From Wolbachia endosymbiont strain TRS of Brugia malayi (GTDB lineage Bacteria > Pseudomonadota > Alphaproteobacteria > Rickettsiales > Anaplasmataceae): a DNA stretch of 32,000 nt. How positions within the stretch are numbered: position 1 is the stretch's first letter; each line of letters starts with the position of its first letter. The stretch lies in the NCBI RefSeq assembly GCF_000008385.1, contig NC_006833.1:600001-632000 (forward strand), in the 5' to 3' direction. A program made the translations under genes and the position numbers. A model generated the notes under the pieces. That model did no database searches. It was not told where the DNA came from and saw only the letters and a list, made by a program, of their open reading frames with translations. This document shows positions 9,828-19,779 of the stretch, piece by piece.

Positions 9828-11097
9828 TCAAAAATGAGACCAATCTGGTAAATAGGCACTTGTAGGAGTAGAAATTATTTTATGGCTTTTCTTTGCTAAG
9901 TCTACTAAATACAGTTTAGAACTGCTCTGTGATTCTGTTTTTGTAAAGATATTCCTCTGCCATTTGACAGCCATGCTGGGATTTGATTTATGCTTCTCTG
10001 AAAGCAAACGTTCTTCTTTGTCATCTGACTTCATAATTCCTATATAAAAATTTCCTGGTTGAATCTTTGTAAAAACTATAAGACCACGCTTTGGTGACCA
10101 AACAGGTGTAGCATATCTCCACTTCCAAAACTAATTCTCTTAGATTCTTTACTTTTTTTTGTAAAATCAATAATGTAAAGTTGCTGACTTCCACTCACAT
10201 CAGAACCAAAAACCATGTATTTCTGGTCTGGAGAAAAAGATGGGGAAGTACTTATAGCTAAACTTTTAGTAATTTTTCTCGTACGTTTACTGCTTAAACC
10301 TAAAGATAATATATTTGTCTCACCACCAAATGAATGAGAAATGAGAAGAGATTTGCAATCAGGAAAAAAACTAGGAGCAGAAATAACACCTTCAAATATA
10401 CCAACTATTGATTTAGTATTTTTTTTAAACTCTTCCATATCATATAGCTTCTGCCATCCAAATATGAGATATAAACAATACTCTCCTCATTTGGTGAAAC
10501 CCTAGTATTGACACAAATTTATCGCCGTTTGTTAAGTATTTTATATCGCTTTCATCTTGATTCACAACAGCAATTCTGCGTATGGACTTGTAATTACTAT
10601 CTCTTTACTTCTGCAATGTACTCTATTTTCGTGTTAAAATGCCCCTTTTCACCAATTAATCTATCATGTACTGCATCCGAAATAAGATTAGTAATTTTTC
10701 TCTAGTCTTTTGCAGGAAAAACAACTGACTGGGTAAATAACTCTCCTTTTACAAAAGAATCAAACAAATGAAATGATAGCTCTAAGGCACTACCAGATAC
10801 TTTGTTTAAACTTACTGTAACTAACATACCGCTCTTCCAAGGTTTTTGAATGACATGATTTTATAGCCCCTACGCCTTGTTCTATATTAAATAAACCGCA
10901 ATTGGATAAATTTTTCTCAATCATTTTTGTAATGCTTTCACTTAATTCACTTTCCAGCTTTGTCTTGCATGTACATTTGGACACAACAAAGCTGATATTA
11001 CCAACACTATCCTTTCTTACATCAACTACAAAGCAGCTTTAGTAAAATAAGAAATAAATAACGGAAGAAGTAATATTAGCTGAACAAGTAAATTCAT
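9828..11097 (-). pseudogene. tolB: tolB (Tol-Pal periplasmic beta-propeller protein) pseudogene
   Basis: Signal peptide MNLLVQLILLLPLFISYFTKAAL (ATG at 11097) is followed directly by a stop. TolB propeller fragments lie in different frames: VSPNEESIVYISYLDG (about 10445-10500), SPSFSPDQKYMVFGSDVSGSQQLYIIDF (ORF 10076-10438), RYATPVWSPKRGLI (about 10080-10125) and the C-terminal ...YLPDWSHF* (ORF 9828-10034). Confidence 0.85.
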
Positions 11098-11220
11098 TAG
11101 ACTTTCTCCCTCCCAGCAAGCGTTTATTTTGAAGGTAAACTGCATACAGATGACGCCATGAAAGTAGCTGATACACGACTGTTCAAATCCTCGTATTACA
11201 GCACGTGGCATCAGCTTCTG

Positions 11221-11341
11221 GTGTTATTCCAGTATATGACACTGGAATTCAGTTTTTTGGTAATTTCATCGAAAATGTTGCGCAGTGCGCTTTTTCACAA
11301 GCAATTTTTCTAGATCCCAGTGTCACGCACTGGGATGACAC
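11221..11341. repeat. Full-length palindromic (MITE-like) element, 121 bp with terminal inverted repeats of about 32 bp
   Basis: Left arm gtgttattccagtatatgacactggaattcag (11221-11252). Right arm ctagatcccagtgtcacgcactgggatgacac (11310-11341) is its near-perfect reverse complement. The centre contains the palindrome gcgcagtgcgc. The ORF-track entry 11205-11387 is simply its translation. Confidence 0.8.
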
Positions 11342-11362
11342 CCTCCTGGTAAACTCAAACAC

Positions 11363-11437
11363 AATGCTTGTACAGCTGTATGCTTGACACAGGTCCTTTG
11401 TTTCTAGATTTTAGCGCCACATACTGAAATGACAAGG
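11363..11437 (+). mobile_element. Solo terminal fragment of the IS4-family element (IR-like segment plus palindromic arm)
   Basis: aatgcttgtacagctgtatgcttgacacagg...ctagattttagcgccacatactgaaatgacaagg aligns along its whole length with the reverse complement of 20896-20975, which is the end of the IS4-family element just after its transposase stop. Confidence 0.6.
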
Positions 11438-11488
11438 AGTACATTGTTAACCTCTTACTTAAATAATGGTTAAAAAAAGAGGTTTATT

Positions 11489-13156
11489 TCATACCTGTTC
11501 TATCTGGACCTCAATTATAGGTCTTTTCAGTAAATATTCCTTTAAGATACTAAATATTAAGCTCTCAATCTTATTTCTTACTTTTTTTGTCGACTGTAAA
11601 TTAAATGCTGACTCAACCGCCTTTATGATCCTTTGTATGATAGCTGCATCTTCTACTGCTTCTAAAACACCAGGCGCAAATACTTTTGGTTTAGCCAGCA
11701 ATTTATTTCTCTTGTTTACAATTGCTGTCACTACAATAGTTCCAGCATCCCTCATCTTCTTACGCATTCTTATAACATTACTCCCCGGATGACGTAGCAA
11801 AATACCATCAACACCAAAATAGTTAACATTAATTGAATCAACTTTCTTTCCGTTCTCCAAGTTAACAATATCACCCGGTGCAATCATTATTGCTTTTTCC
11901 ACACCACACTCTTTAGCAAATTTTACATGTGCATGCGTATGAATATACTCACCATGGACTGGAATAGACATTTTAGGTTTTATCAAAGAATACATTTCTC
12001 TTAGCTCTGCCTTGACTGGATGTCCAGAAGCATGAACACATTCTGTTTTCTCAGTAACAATCTCCACTCCCATTTCAATGAAAGCATTGAATATAACATG
12101 TGCACGAGTTTCATTACCAGGAATAATCTTTGACGAAAAAATTACTGTATCACCTTGTTGCATTTTAAATGCATGATGACTCTTATTAGCAAGTTTTGAG
12201 ATTGCCGCCATTGGCTCGCCTTGGCAACCAGTGCAGATTAATAATAACTTTTCCCTTGGCAAATCTGCCACATCTTTTACTTCACAAAATTCAACAGAAT
12301 CGGTTAAATACCCACTATTTTGTGCAACTCTTACTATTCTCCACAAGGACCTACCAAGCAAAACCACTTTTCTACCTAGTACCTTTGCAACTTGGCCTAT
12401 CGTTTCAATCCGTGCCACGTTTGAAGCAAATAACGACACAGCAACTAGTTTTTTAGACCGCCTTATTATATTATAAATATTGTTATAAATTTCACTTTCT
12501 GATTCAGGATTATGCTTGCCTAACACATTTGTTGAATCACAAATTGCTGCAAGCAGATTACCTTTATCACCAATTTCTTTTAAACGACTTATATTAGAAG
12601 TTAAACCAACAATAGGTTTTTGATCGAATTTCCAATCACCAGTATGAAGCGCGCTGCCCACATCAGTGCTAACTAATATTGAATGTGCTTCAGGAATTGA
12701 ATGAGTTACATTTATAAACTCAACAGTGAAAGGACTTAAATTTATACTGCCGTTTATATCCACCTCCTTCACAGATACCATACCTTCCAGCCGAAATTCC
12801 TTCAGTTTTTCCTTGAGAAAATTAGCTGTGAACTTTGTTGTATATATGGGACATTGTAACTCTTTCCACAAGTAAGGCACTGCACCGCAGTGGTCTTCAT
12901 GTGCATGCGTAATTATTATTCCAAGCAAATCTTTCTTCCTTTGAGCAATAAAACTTACATCAGCAATTAATAGCTCAATACCTGGCATAGTTTCATCGGC
13001 AAAACCAATACCAAGGTCAATCATAATCCACTTGCCTCGGTAATGATACAGGTTAACATTCATCCCAATCCTGCCTACCCCTCCAAGTGGAAGAAATAAA
13101 AATTCGTTTTTGTTTATATTCATTAATTTTAAATTATTAAAATGTGAGGATAGCAA
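11489..13156 (-). CDS. rnj: Ribonuclease J (metallo-beta-lactamase / beta-CASP family)
   Basis: 555-aa ORF with the HxHxDH motif (ITHAHEDHCG), a beta-CASP region and the C-terminal domain typical of RNase J. Start is ambiguous, either 13156 or ATG at 13123 (MNINKNEF). Confidence 0.92.
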   Translation of the reverse strand: MLSSHFNNLKLMNINKNEFLFLPLGGVGRIGMNVNLYHYRGKWIMIDLGIGFADETMPGIELLIADVSFIAQRKKDLLGIIITHAHEDHCGAVPYLWKELQCPIYTTKFTANFLKEKLKEFRLEGMVSVKEVDINGSINLSPFTVEFINVTHSIPEAHSILVSTDVGSALHTGDWKFDQKPIVGLTSNISRLKEIGDKGNLLAAICDSTNVLGKHNPESESEIYNNIYNIIRRSKKLVAVSLFASNVARIETIGQVAKVLGRKVVLLGRSLWRIVRVAQNSGYLTDSVEFCEVKDVADLPREKLLLICTGCQGEPMAAISKLANKSHHAFKMQQGDTVIFSSKIIPGNETRAHVIFNAFIEMGVEIVTEKTECVHASGHPVKAELREMYSLIKPKMSIPVHGEYIHTHAHVKFAKECGVEKAIMIAPGDIVNLENGKKVDSINVNYFGVDGILLRHPGSNVIRMRKKMRDAGTIVVTAIVNKRNKLLAKPKVFAPGVLEAVEDAAIIQRIIKAVESAFNLQSTKKVRNKIESLIFSILKEYLLKRPIIEVQIEQV

Positions 13157-13311
13157 AACTTCGGTTTTAAATAAAGGAGTTTGTTACTTTCAATAACCCT
13201 AAGGAGAAAAAGAAATCCTCAAGATTTTAGCTACTCTATTTACCAAAACTTATATCCAATGCAAGGTCGATATATACTCAATTTGACCACAAACATTACT
13301 TTTAACCACAG

Positions 13312-13340
13312 TTGACTTTATCTAGTTAATATTCTAAATT
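13312..13340 (+). promoter_or_regulatory. Candidate sigma-70-type promoter for fabI
   Basis: TTGACT (13312-13317), a 17-nt spacer, then TAAATT (13335-13340), ending 20 nt before the fabI ATG. This is a sequence match only, and AT-rich DNA produces many such matches. Confidence 0.3.
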
Positions 13341-13359
13341 GTAAAAAACAGATAGTTTT

Positions 13360-14172
13360 ATGGCAATAAGTCTACTACAAGGCAAAAAGGGATTAATAAC
13401 TGGAATAATAAACAAGAGATCGATAGCGTACGGTATAGTAAAAACTCTCTCAGAGCATGGTGCAGAATCTGCAGTCACTTACCAGAATGAAATAGTAAAA
13501 GAGAGATTATTATCAATAGCAGCTGAATTAAATGTGGAGCTAGTATTAAACTGTGATGTTGCAAATGAAGGAACTATAGATGATGTTTTCAAGTCAATAG
13601 AAGAAAAATGGGGTACCCTTGATTTTTTGGTACATGCAATTGCATTCTCTGACAAAAACGAATTAAGCGGCAAGTACGTTAATACTTCACTGAACAATTT
13701 CCAAAATGCAATGAATATATCATGCTATTCTTTCACTGCCTTAGCACAGAGGGCTGAAAAAATGATGCCAAATGGCGGCAGTTTACTTACTTTATCTTAT
13801 TATGGTGCTGAAAAAGTTATGCCAAATTATAACGTCATGGGCTTGTGTAAAGCAGCACTTGAAGCAAGTGTAAAGTATCTAGCATGTGACTTGGGTCCAC
13901 AAAACATCAGAGTAAATGCCATTTCTGCTGGTCCAATCAGAACTTTAGCGTCTTCTGGAATAAGTGATTTTCACTTCATATCAGAATGGAACAGAAATAA
14001 TTCTCCTCTTAGACGCAACACTACTCTTGAGGATGTTGGAAAAGCAGCACTATATTTATTAAGTGACCTAAGTAGTGGTACTACCGGAGAAATTTTACAT
14101 GTTGATTCAGGATATAATGTTGTAGGGATGAAGGCAATTGATTCAAATATAATTAATAGCTACCAAAATTGA
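13360..14172 (+). CDS. fabI: Enoyl-[acyl-carrier-protein] reductase (NADH)
   Basis: 270-aa ORF with the FabI-type N-terminus GKKGLITGIINKRSIAYGI and the catalytic Tyr/Lys region SYYGAEKVMPNYNVMGLCKAALE. SAGPIRTLA motif present. Confidence 0.95.
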   Translation: MAISLLQGKKGLITGIINKRSIAYGIVKTLSEHGAESAVTYQNEIVKERLLSIAAELNVELVLNCDVANEGTIDDVFKSIEEKWGTLDFLVHAIAFSDKNELSGKYVNTSLNNFQNAMNISCYSFTALAQRAEKMMPNGGSLLTLSYYGAEKVMPNYNVMGLCKAALEASVKYLACDLGPQNIRVNAISAGPIRTLASSGISDFHFISEWNRNNSPLRRNTTLEDVGKAALYLLSDLSSGTTGEILHVDSGYNVVGMKAIDSNIINSYQN

Positions 14173-14249
14173 AAATCGAGCATAAGAAAAAAGCCTTCTA
14201 AAAACTGGTAACATGATTTATAATTACTGTCATAAGCTTTAAATACTTT

Positions 14250-14732
14250 ATGCTCAAGAAACTAGCTTGGTATTGGTCCTTCGTAGAGTTGATCAAAGGA
14301 TTTATTATTACCCTCAGGTATGCGTTTAAACCGAAGGTTACGCTTAAGTATCCTATGGAAAAGGGTCCACTAAGCCCAAGATTTCGTGGCGAGCATGCAT
14401 TGCGTAGATACTCAAACGGTGAAGAACGGTGCATAGCTTGTAAACTATGTGAAGTTATCTGCCCCGCCCAAGCAATAGTTATTGAAGCAGAGGAAAGAGA
14501 AGATGGTAGCCGCCGCACTACGCGTTATGATATTGATATGACAAAGTGCATATATTGTGGGCTTTGCCAGGAGGCATGTCCTGTTGATGCAATTGTCGAG
14601 GGTCCTAATTTTGAGTTTGCAACAGAAACAAGAGAAGAGCTAATGTATAATAAAGAAAAGCTATTGCGTAATGGTGAAATTTGGGAAGAAGCAATAGCAC
14701 TCAGACTAAAAAAGGATGTATCGTACCACTAA
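14250..14732 (+). CDS. nuoI: NADH-quinone oxidoreductase subunit I
   Basis: 160-aa ORF with two 4Fe-4S ferredoxin motifs ([12 protein letters not shown] and [12 protein letters not shown]) and the NuoI-specific N-terminus. Confidence 0.96.
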   Translation: MLKKLAWYWSFVELIKGFIITLRYAFKPKVTLKYPMEKGPLSPRFRGEHALRRYSNGEERCIACKLCEVICPAQAIVIEAEEREDGSRRTTRYDIDMTKCIYCGLCQEACPVDAIVEGPNFEFATETREELMYNKEKLLRNGEIWEEAIALRLKKDVSYH

Positions 14733-14758
14733 TGCTAGAAGTTTACAATATTAGACCT

Positions 14759-14847
14759 CTGTTATTCCAGCATCCTCTCATGTCATCCCAGTGCTTGACA
14801 CTGGGATCCAGAAAAAAACGTGGTCACATACTGGCAAATACTGACCT
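14759..14847. repeat. Copy of the palindromic repeat family between nuoI and thrS
   Basis: gttattccag...tgtcatcccagtgcttgacactgggatccag + aaaaaaac + a degenerate right arm gtggtcacatactggcaaatactgac. The left arm and A-run match 20896-20935. Confidence 0.7.
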
Positions 14848-14873
14848 CCGCTTATTACACAAGAGTTCCACTT

Positions 14874-16772
14874 ATGATCAGAATTACTTTTTTAGCAAAA
14901 CAAAAAGTAGAAGAATATAGTAGTAGAGTTACTGGTTTTGATATACTACAACCAGATATTTCAAAGGAAGCAATTGCCTTAAGGGTAAACGGTGAGTTGT
15001 ATGATCTCTCACGTGAAATTGAATCTGATACAGAAATAGATGTGATACAACTTAATGATGAAGAGGGTTTGGATATAATAAGGCACGATGCTGCTCATAT
15101 AATGGCTCAGGCAGTGAAAGAGCTCTTTCCTAATGCCCAGGTTACTATCGGCCCAACAATTCAGGACGGGTTCTACTACGATTTTGCTATAGATCATACT
15201 TTTACCACGGACGATCTTGCTGCAATAGAAAAGAAAATGAAAGAAATTATAAAAAGTAACCACAGATTTATTCGAGAAGTTTGGGCCCGTAAGCAAGCAA
15301 TTAATTTTTTTAGTAGTATAGGTGAAAAATACAAGGTTGATATTATTTCCTCCATACCAGAGAGCGAAGATCTAACTGTTTATAGACAAGGTGATTTTGT
15401 TGACTTATGTCGCGGTCCACACTCTCCTTCAACTAGCAGAGTTAAAGCGTTTAAACTCATGAAAGTCGCAGGAGCATATTGGCGTGGCAATGTAAAGGGC
15501 CCAATGTTGCAGCGAATATATGGTACTGCATGGCGAAACAAAGACGAACTAAACATTTATCTTAAACGTCTGGAAGAGGCAAAAAAACGTGACCATCGCA
15601 GAATCGCTAAGGATATGGACTTGTTTCATATTCAAGAGGAAGCTGTTGGACAAGTTTTTTGGCATGAACAGGGATATACTTTATATAACGTTCTTGAGTC
15701 TTACATAAGGAAAAAATTAATAAACAATGGCTATGCTGAGGTAAAAACTCCTATCTTAGTAAGCAAGGAGTTGTGGGAAAAATCAGGGCATTGGGATAAG
15801 TTTCGTGAAAACATGTTTATCGTTGACGAATCTGAGAGTAAAAAACTAGCAATAAAACCCATGAATTGCCCTTGCCATGTGCAGATTTTTAACTCTTATA
15901 CAAGAAGCTATCGTAATTTACCAATACGTATGGCAGAATTCGGCATGTGCCATAGGAATGAAAGCTCAGGTTCATTACATGGACTAATGCGAGTACGCGG
16001 TTTTACACAAGATGACGCACACATTTTTTGCATGGAAGAACAAGTTAATTCTGAGACTGTAAAATTCTGTGCTCTTTTAAAAGAAGTATATTCAGAGCTT
16101 GGATTCAATGAAATTTCTGTGAAATTCTCAGACCGTCCAAATGTTAGAGCAGGAGACAATGAAGTGTGGGATAGAGCTGAAAAAGCGTTGCTTGAAGCCG
16201 TTAAAGAAGCAGGACTCAGTTATGAACTTAACCCGGGTGAAGGTGCATTCTATGGTCCAAAGTTAGAGTTTATTTTGAAAGACGCAATAGGCAGAAGTTG
16301 GCAATGTGGAACGCTGCAAGTTGACTTCATTTTACCAGAACGTCTGGGGGCCTTTTACATAGGAGCAGACGGACAAAAATATCACCCTGTTATGTTGCAC
16401 AGAGCAATCCTTGGAACTTTTGAACGTTTTATTGGAATTTTAATAGAGCACTATGCAGGAAAATTTCCGCTATGGCTCGCTCCAACACAACTTGTTATTT
16501 TAACCGTCACAAATGAAGCTGACAATTATGCCACAGAAATTAGTAACGTTTTAAAAGAACAAGGTGTCAGGGTTAAGACCGATTTAACCAATGAGAAAGT
16601 TAGTTATAAGATACGCTTGCATAGTTCAAACAAGGTGCCTATATTATGGATTGTAGGCAAAAATGAAGTTGCAAGCAAAACTGTATCAGTGAGAAATTTA
16701 GGATCAGAGAAGCAGGAGTCTTCTTCTTGTGAAAAGGCTGTTAAACTGCTATTAAAGAAAGTATTAATTTAA
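14874..16772 (+). CDS. thrS: Threonine--tRNA ligase
   Basis: TGS domain start [17 protein letters not shown], editing-domain His motifs ([11 protein letters not shown]), class II core ([13 protein letters not shown]) and an anticodon-binding domain. The ORF-track start at 14820 lies inside the repeat element, so ATG 14874 is preferred. Confidence 0.95.
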   Translation: MIRITFLAKQKVEEYSSRVTGFDILQPDISKEAIALRVNGELYDLSREIESDTEIDVIQLNDEEGLDIIRHDAAHIMAQAVKELFPNAQVTIGPTIQDGFYYDFAIDHTFTTDDLAAIEKKMKEIIKSNHRFIREVWARKQAINFFSSIGEKYKVDIISSIPESEDLTVYRQGDFVDLCRGPHSPSTSRVKAFKLMKVAGAYWRGNVKGPMLQRIYGTAWRNKDELNIYLKRLEEAKKRDHRRIAKDMDLFHIQEEAVGQVFWHEQGYTLYNVLESYIRKKLINNGYAEVKTPILVSKELWEKSGHWDKFRENMFIVDESESKKLAIKPMNCPCHVQIFNSYTRSYRNLPIRMAEFGMCHRNESSGSLHGLMRVRGFTQDDAHIFCMEEQVNSETVKFCALLKEVYSELGFNEISVKFSDRPNVRAGDNEVWDRAEKALLEAVKEAGLSYELNPGEGAFYGPKLEFILKDAIGRSWQCGTLQVDFILPERLGAFYIGADGQKYHPVMLHRAILGTFERFIGILIEHYAGKFPLWLAPTQLVILTVTNEADNYATEISNVLKEQGVRVKTDLTNEKVSYKIRLHSSNKVPILWIVGKNEVASKTVSVRNLGSEKQESSSCEKAVKLLLKKVLI

Positions 16773-16789
16773 GTTAAGGGAGCTAAAAC

Positions 16790-17299
16790 TTGCAAGTTAA
16801 AAAAAATAGAATTAATGAGTTCATTACAGCTAAGGAGGTACGTTTAGTTGACCATAATGGCGAAATGGTTGGAGTTGTATCAATAGGAAGAGCCTTGACA
16901 TTTGCACAAAACGTCGGTTTAGACTTGGTGGAAGTTGCACCTGATTCAATTCCTCCAGTATGTAAAATACTGGATTATAGCAAACAAAAGTATGATGCAA
17001 AAAAGAAGGCAAGTGAGGCGAAAAAGAAACAAAAAACATTAACTATAAAAGAAATTAAACTAGGTCCCAACATTGGTGATCATGACTATGAAACAAAATT
17101 GCGTCACGCAAGGGATTTTCTTACACATGGACATAAAATTAAAGTTACAATGAAATTTAAAGGTAGAGAGCTGATAAATACTGAAGTTGGGCTGGAAAAA
17201 TTAGAACGGCTAATTAGGGACACTGAGGATATTGCAAAAATAGAATCAGCACCTAAACGGGAAGGAAATCAATATTTCTTAGCTCTGACTACCAAGTAG
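16790..17299 (+). CDS. infC: Translation initiation factor IF-3
   Basis: 169-aa ORF with the IF3 N-domain (INEFITAKEVRLVDHNGEMVGVV), a Lys-rich linker and the C-domain (KEIKLGPNIGDHDYETKL). It has a non-ATG start, TTG at 16790-16792, preceded by AAGGGAG at 16776-16782. Confidence 0.95.
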   Translation: MQVKKNRINEFITAKEVRLVDHNGEMVGVVSIGRALTFAQNVGLDLVEVAPDSIPPVCKILDYSKQKYDAKKKASEAKKKQKTLTIKEIKLGPNIGDHDYETKLRHARDFLTHGHKIKVTMKFKGRELINTEVGLEKLERLIRDTEDIAKIESAPKREGNQYFLALTTK

Positions 17300-17534
17300 C
17301 AGAATTTACTAAATAAAACCTTTGACTAGTTCTTATTTAAATAAACGACTACATTTTATAATTTTTAAGGGCGATCAAGGATTGGCTTTATCTTTCTTAA
17401 GCTCTCCATTAATTTAAAACAGATTTTGTTTTAAATTAAAAAGAAAACTGCTTGCATCTTGAAATTTGGTGCAAGTAAGATTGAATATTTGGAAAAAATA
17501 GTGTATTACTATTAATACCATTTAAGTTAATTTA

Positions 17535-18391
17535 TTATAGCACTTTCTAAATTCCTTACCAAAATTGGACCTGACTTTCAAGAAGATCTTTGGCACGGAA
17601 GAAATAAGAATATTCTTGTCCATTTTTGAGCGATGTTTTAGGGTATACTGAAGTTAATACTATGCAAGAAATAGAATTCATCAGCGTCATTATGAATTCT
17701 AAATTTGCTTCTGAGAAACAAAGCATGGTTGGTGTTCTCTGCAAGGATTCTGTTGGTAATAAGTTTGTGGTTGAAGTGGAGCTCACTCGTGACAAGGACT
17801 TTGAAAAACGTATTCAATATTACGTTGCCAAAGCTTCTCAAGGCAATCTGGTGGATATCATAATTTACACAAAAGATTTTCTTTATTACAATATCAAATT
17901 GTACTTTATTTCCCGATGAGTCCAATTATATATCTAGCCATACCATAAGAGACGATGAAACTAATGAGCATGATTTACAAGATTTTCAATTCGTATTCAT
18001 TGAACTATCTAAATTTCCTAAAGGTAAAGTAGACCAATTAACAAGCATAGTAGAACGCTGGTGTTTCTTTATTTAAGTATGCAGAAGAAACAACAGATAA
18101 AAATTTAAAGAAGATAGCAGGAGAAGTATTAATAATAAATTAAGCATATGATGAGTTAAACAAGTTTCACTGGGATGAAAAGGACCTAAACAGCGTATGA
18201 AGAAAGAATAATGGATCTGTACAAAGAGGAAGCTATCCTTGAACAGAAACTTGGAAGGTATAGAAGAAGGAAAAATTGAAGTAGCAAAGGCAATGCTGGC
18301 TGATAATGTTGACACCAACACTATTGTCAAGTTTACTGGTCTTTCCATTAGTGAAATTGAAAGGATTGCAAGATCAAGTAGAAATCAGTGA
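17535..18391 (+). pseudogene. Rpn-family / PD-(D/E)XK nuclease (putative transposase, TIGR01784-like) pseudogene
   Basis: Family-typical pieces lie in several frames: LPKLDLTFKKIFGTEE; EIEFISVIMNSKFASEKQSMVGVLCKDSVGNKFVVEVELTRDKDFEKRIQYYVAKA; RDDETNEHDLQDFQFVFIELSKFPKGKVDQLTSIVERWCFF; AYDELNKFHWDEKDL. They are interrupted by stops and frameshifts. Confidence 0.8.
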
Positions 18392-18411
18392 CGGTGACAA
18401 AAGCTCTTGTT

Positions 18412-19686
18412 TTAATAAACAGAGAGTTTAGTAATTGCTCTCTCTTCGATAACGTGGCGAAAATGTCTGATTAATCCTTGAATTGGCCAAGCTGCAGCAT
18501 CACCAAGTGCGCAAATTGTATTGCCTTCTATTTGAGTTGTAAGGTCAAGTAATTTATCTATTTCACCATGCTTAATATTTCCTGTTACCATTCTTTTCAT
18601 AATTCTCCACATCCATCCAGTACCCTCGCGACATGGTGTGCACTGTCCACATGATTCATGCATATAGAAGTGCGATAACCTCTCTATTGCAGCTATTATA
18701 TCAGTCGATTTATCCATCACTATTACAGCAGCAGTACCAAGCCCTGACTGTGCTGCTCTTAATGAATCAAAATCCATTTTAATAATATCACATATAGACT
18801 TTGGAATTAATGATACTGAAGACCCACCAGGTATTACAGCAAGTAAGTTATCCCAACCTCCTCGTACTCCACCCGCATATTCTTCAATCAACTCACGTAG
18901 CGGAATTCCAAGTTCCTCTTCAACATTACACGGGTTATTTACATGCCCTGAAACACAAAAGATCTTAGTACCAGTATTATTTGGTTTGCCAAGAGATGCA
19001 AACCACTCCCCTCCACGATACAGAATGTCTGGAACCATAGCTATAGTCTCAACGTTGTTTATCGTGGTTGGGCAGCCAAAAAGTCCAACACCAGCAGGAA
19101 ATGGAGGCTTCATACGGGGAAAGCCCTTTTTTCCTTCGATCGATTCAAGCTGAGCTGTTTCTTCTCCACATATGTAAGCCCCTGCACCTCTATGGATAAA
19201 CACGTTAAGATCATAACTTGATTTGCATGCATTTTTTCCTATTAGGCCTTCTTTATACGCTTCTTCAAGTGCTTGTTTTAAAACTAAATATTCATTATAA
19301 AATTCACCCCTAATGTAAATATATGCAACAGATGCACTAATTGCTCTGCTAGCCAAGAGAACTCCCTCAAGTAACTTGTGTGGCTCATACCGCAATATAT
19401 CTCTATCTTTACATGTACCAGGTTCTGATTCATCCGCATTGACTACTAAGTATGTTGGCTGCTCTTTTGAAGGATTCTTGGGCATAAAGCTCCATTTAAG
19501 ACCAGTAGAAAATCCTGCACCCCCTCGACCTCTTAAGCCAGATTTTCTTACTTCATCAATAATTTTTTCTGACCCTAAATCCAATAATTCTTTTGTTTTT
19601 TGCCAACTACCACGTTTTTTTGCACCCTTGAGTAGTGGAGTTTCTTTACCACTCAAATTAGTGAATATTTTGTCCTGTTCTTTCAC
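18412..19686 (-). CDS. nuoF: NADH-quinone oxidoreductase subunit F
   Basis: 424-aa ORF with the NADH/FMN-binding region ([25 protein letters not shown]) and the 4Fe-4S cluster motif [12 protein letters not shown]. Confidence 0.97.
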   Translation of the reverse strand: MKEQDKIFTNLSGKETPLLKGAKKRGSWQKTKELLDLGSEKIIDEVRKSGLRGRGGAGFSTGLKWSFMPKNPSKEQPTYLVVNADESEPGTCKDRDILRYEPHKLLEGVLLASRAISASVAYIYIRGEFYNEYLVLKQALEEAYKEGLIGKNACKSSYDLNVFIHRGAGAYICGEETAQLESIEGKKGFPRMKPPFPAGVGLFGCPTTINNVETIAMVPDILYRGGEWFASLGKPNNTGTKIFCVSGHVNNPCNVEEELGIPLRELIEEYAGGVRGGWDNLLAVIPGGSSVSLIPKSICDIIKMDFDSLRAAQSGLGTAAVIVMDKSTDIIAAIERLSHFYMHESCGQCTPCREGTGWMWRIMKRMVTGNIKHGEIDKLLDLTTQIEGNTICALGDAAAWPIQGLIRHFRHVIEERAITKLSVY

Positions 19687-19706
19687 TATGATTCCCGAGA
19701 CCTTAG

Positions 19707-19779
19707 TGATCCCGGCGCGAATCGAACGCGCGACCCACTGATTAAAAGTCAGTTGCTCTACCGGCTGAGCTACGGGATC
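19707..19779 (-). tRNA. tRNA-Lys (anticodon UUU)
   Basis: Manual cloverleaf on the minus strand: acceptor GATCCCG/CGGGATC, D stem GCTC/GAGC, anticodon stem ACTGA/TCAGT with loop CTTTTAA, 5-nt variable loop, T arm GCGCG-TTCGATT-CGCGC, discriminator A. Length is 73 nt and CCA is not encoded. Confidence 0.93.

Noticed and set aside
11205-11387. 60-aa ORF (MASASGVIPVYDTGIQ...DPSVTHWDDT...), and the similar 79-aa ORF at 14681-14920, as real small proteins.
   Set aside because: Both are translations through copies of the palindromic repeat family. The apparent conservation between them comes from the repeated DNA and is not evidence of a protein family.
14820-14873. Longer thrS N-terminus ([18 protein letters not shown]...) given in the ORF track.
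   Set aside because: The extension lies inside the repeat element and has no ThrRS-like sequence. The conserved TGS-domain start is the ATG at 14874.
17411-17437. Perfect 11-bp AT hairpin (aatttaaaaca / tgttttaaatt) downstream of infC as an intrinsic terminator.
   Set aside because: The stem is entirely A/T and is followed by an A-run rather than a U-tract on the infC strand. It is too weak to call a terminator on sequence alone.
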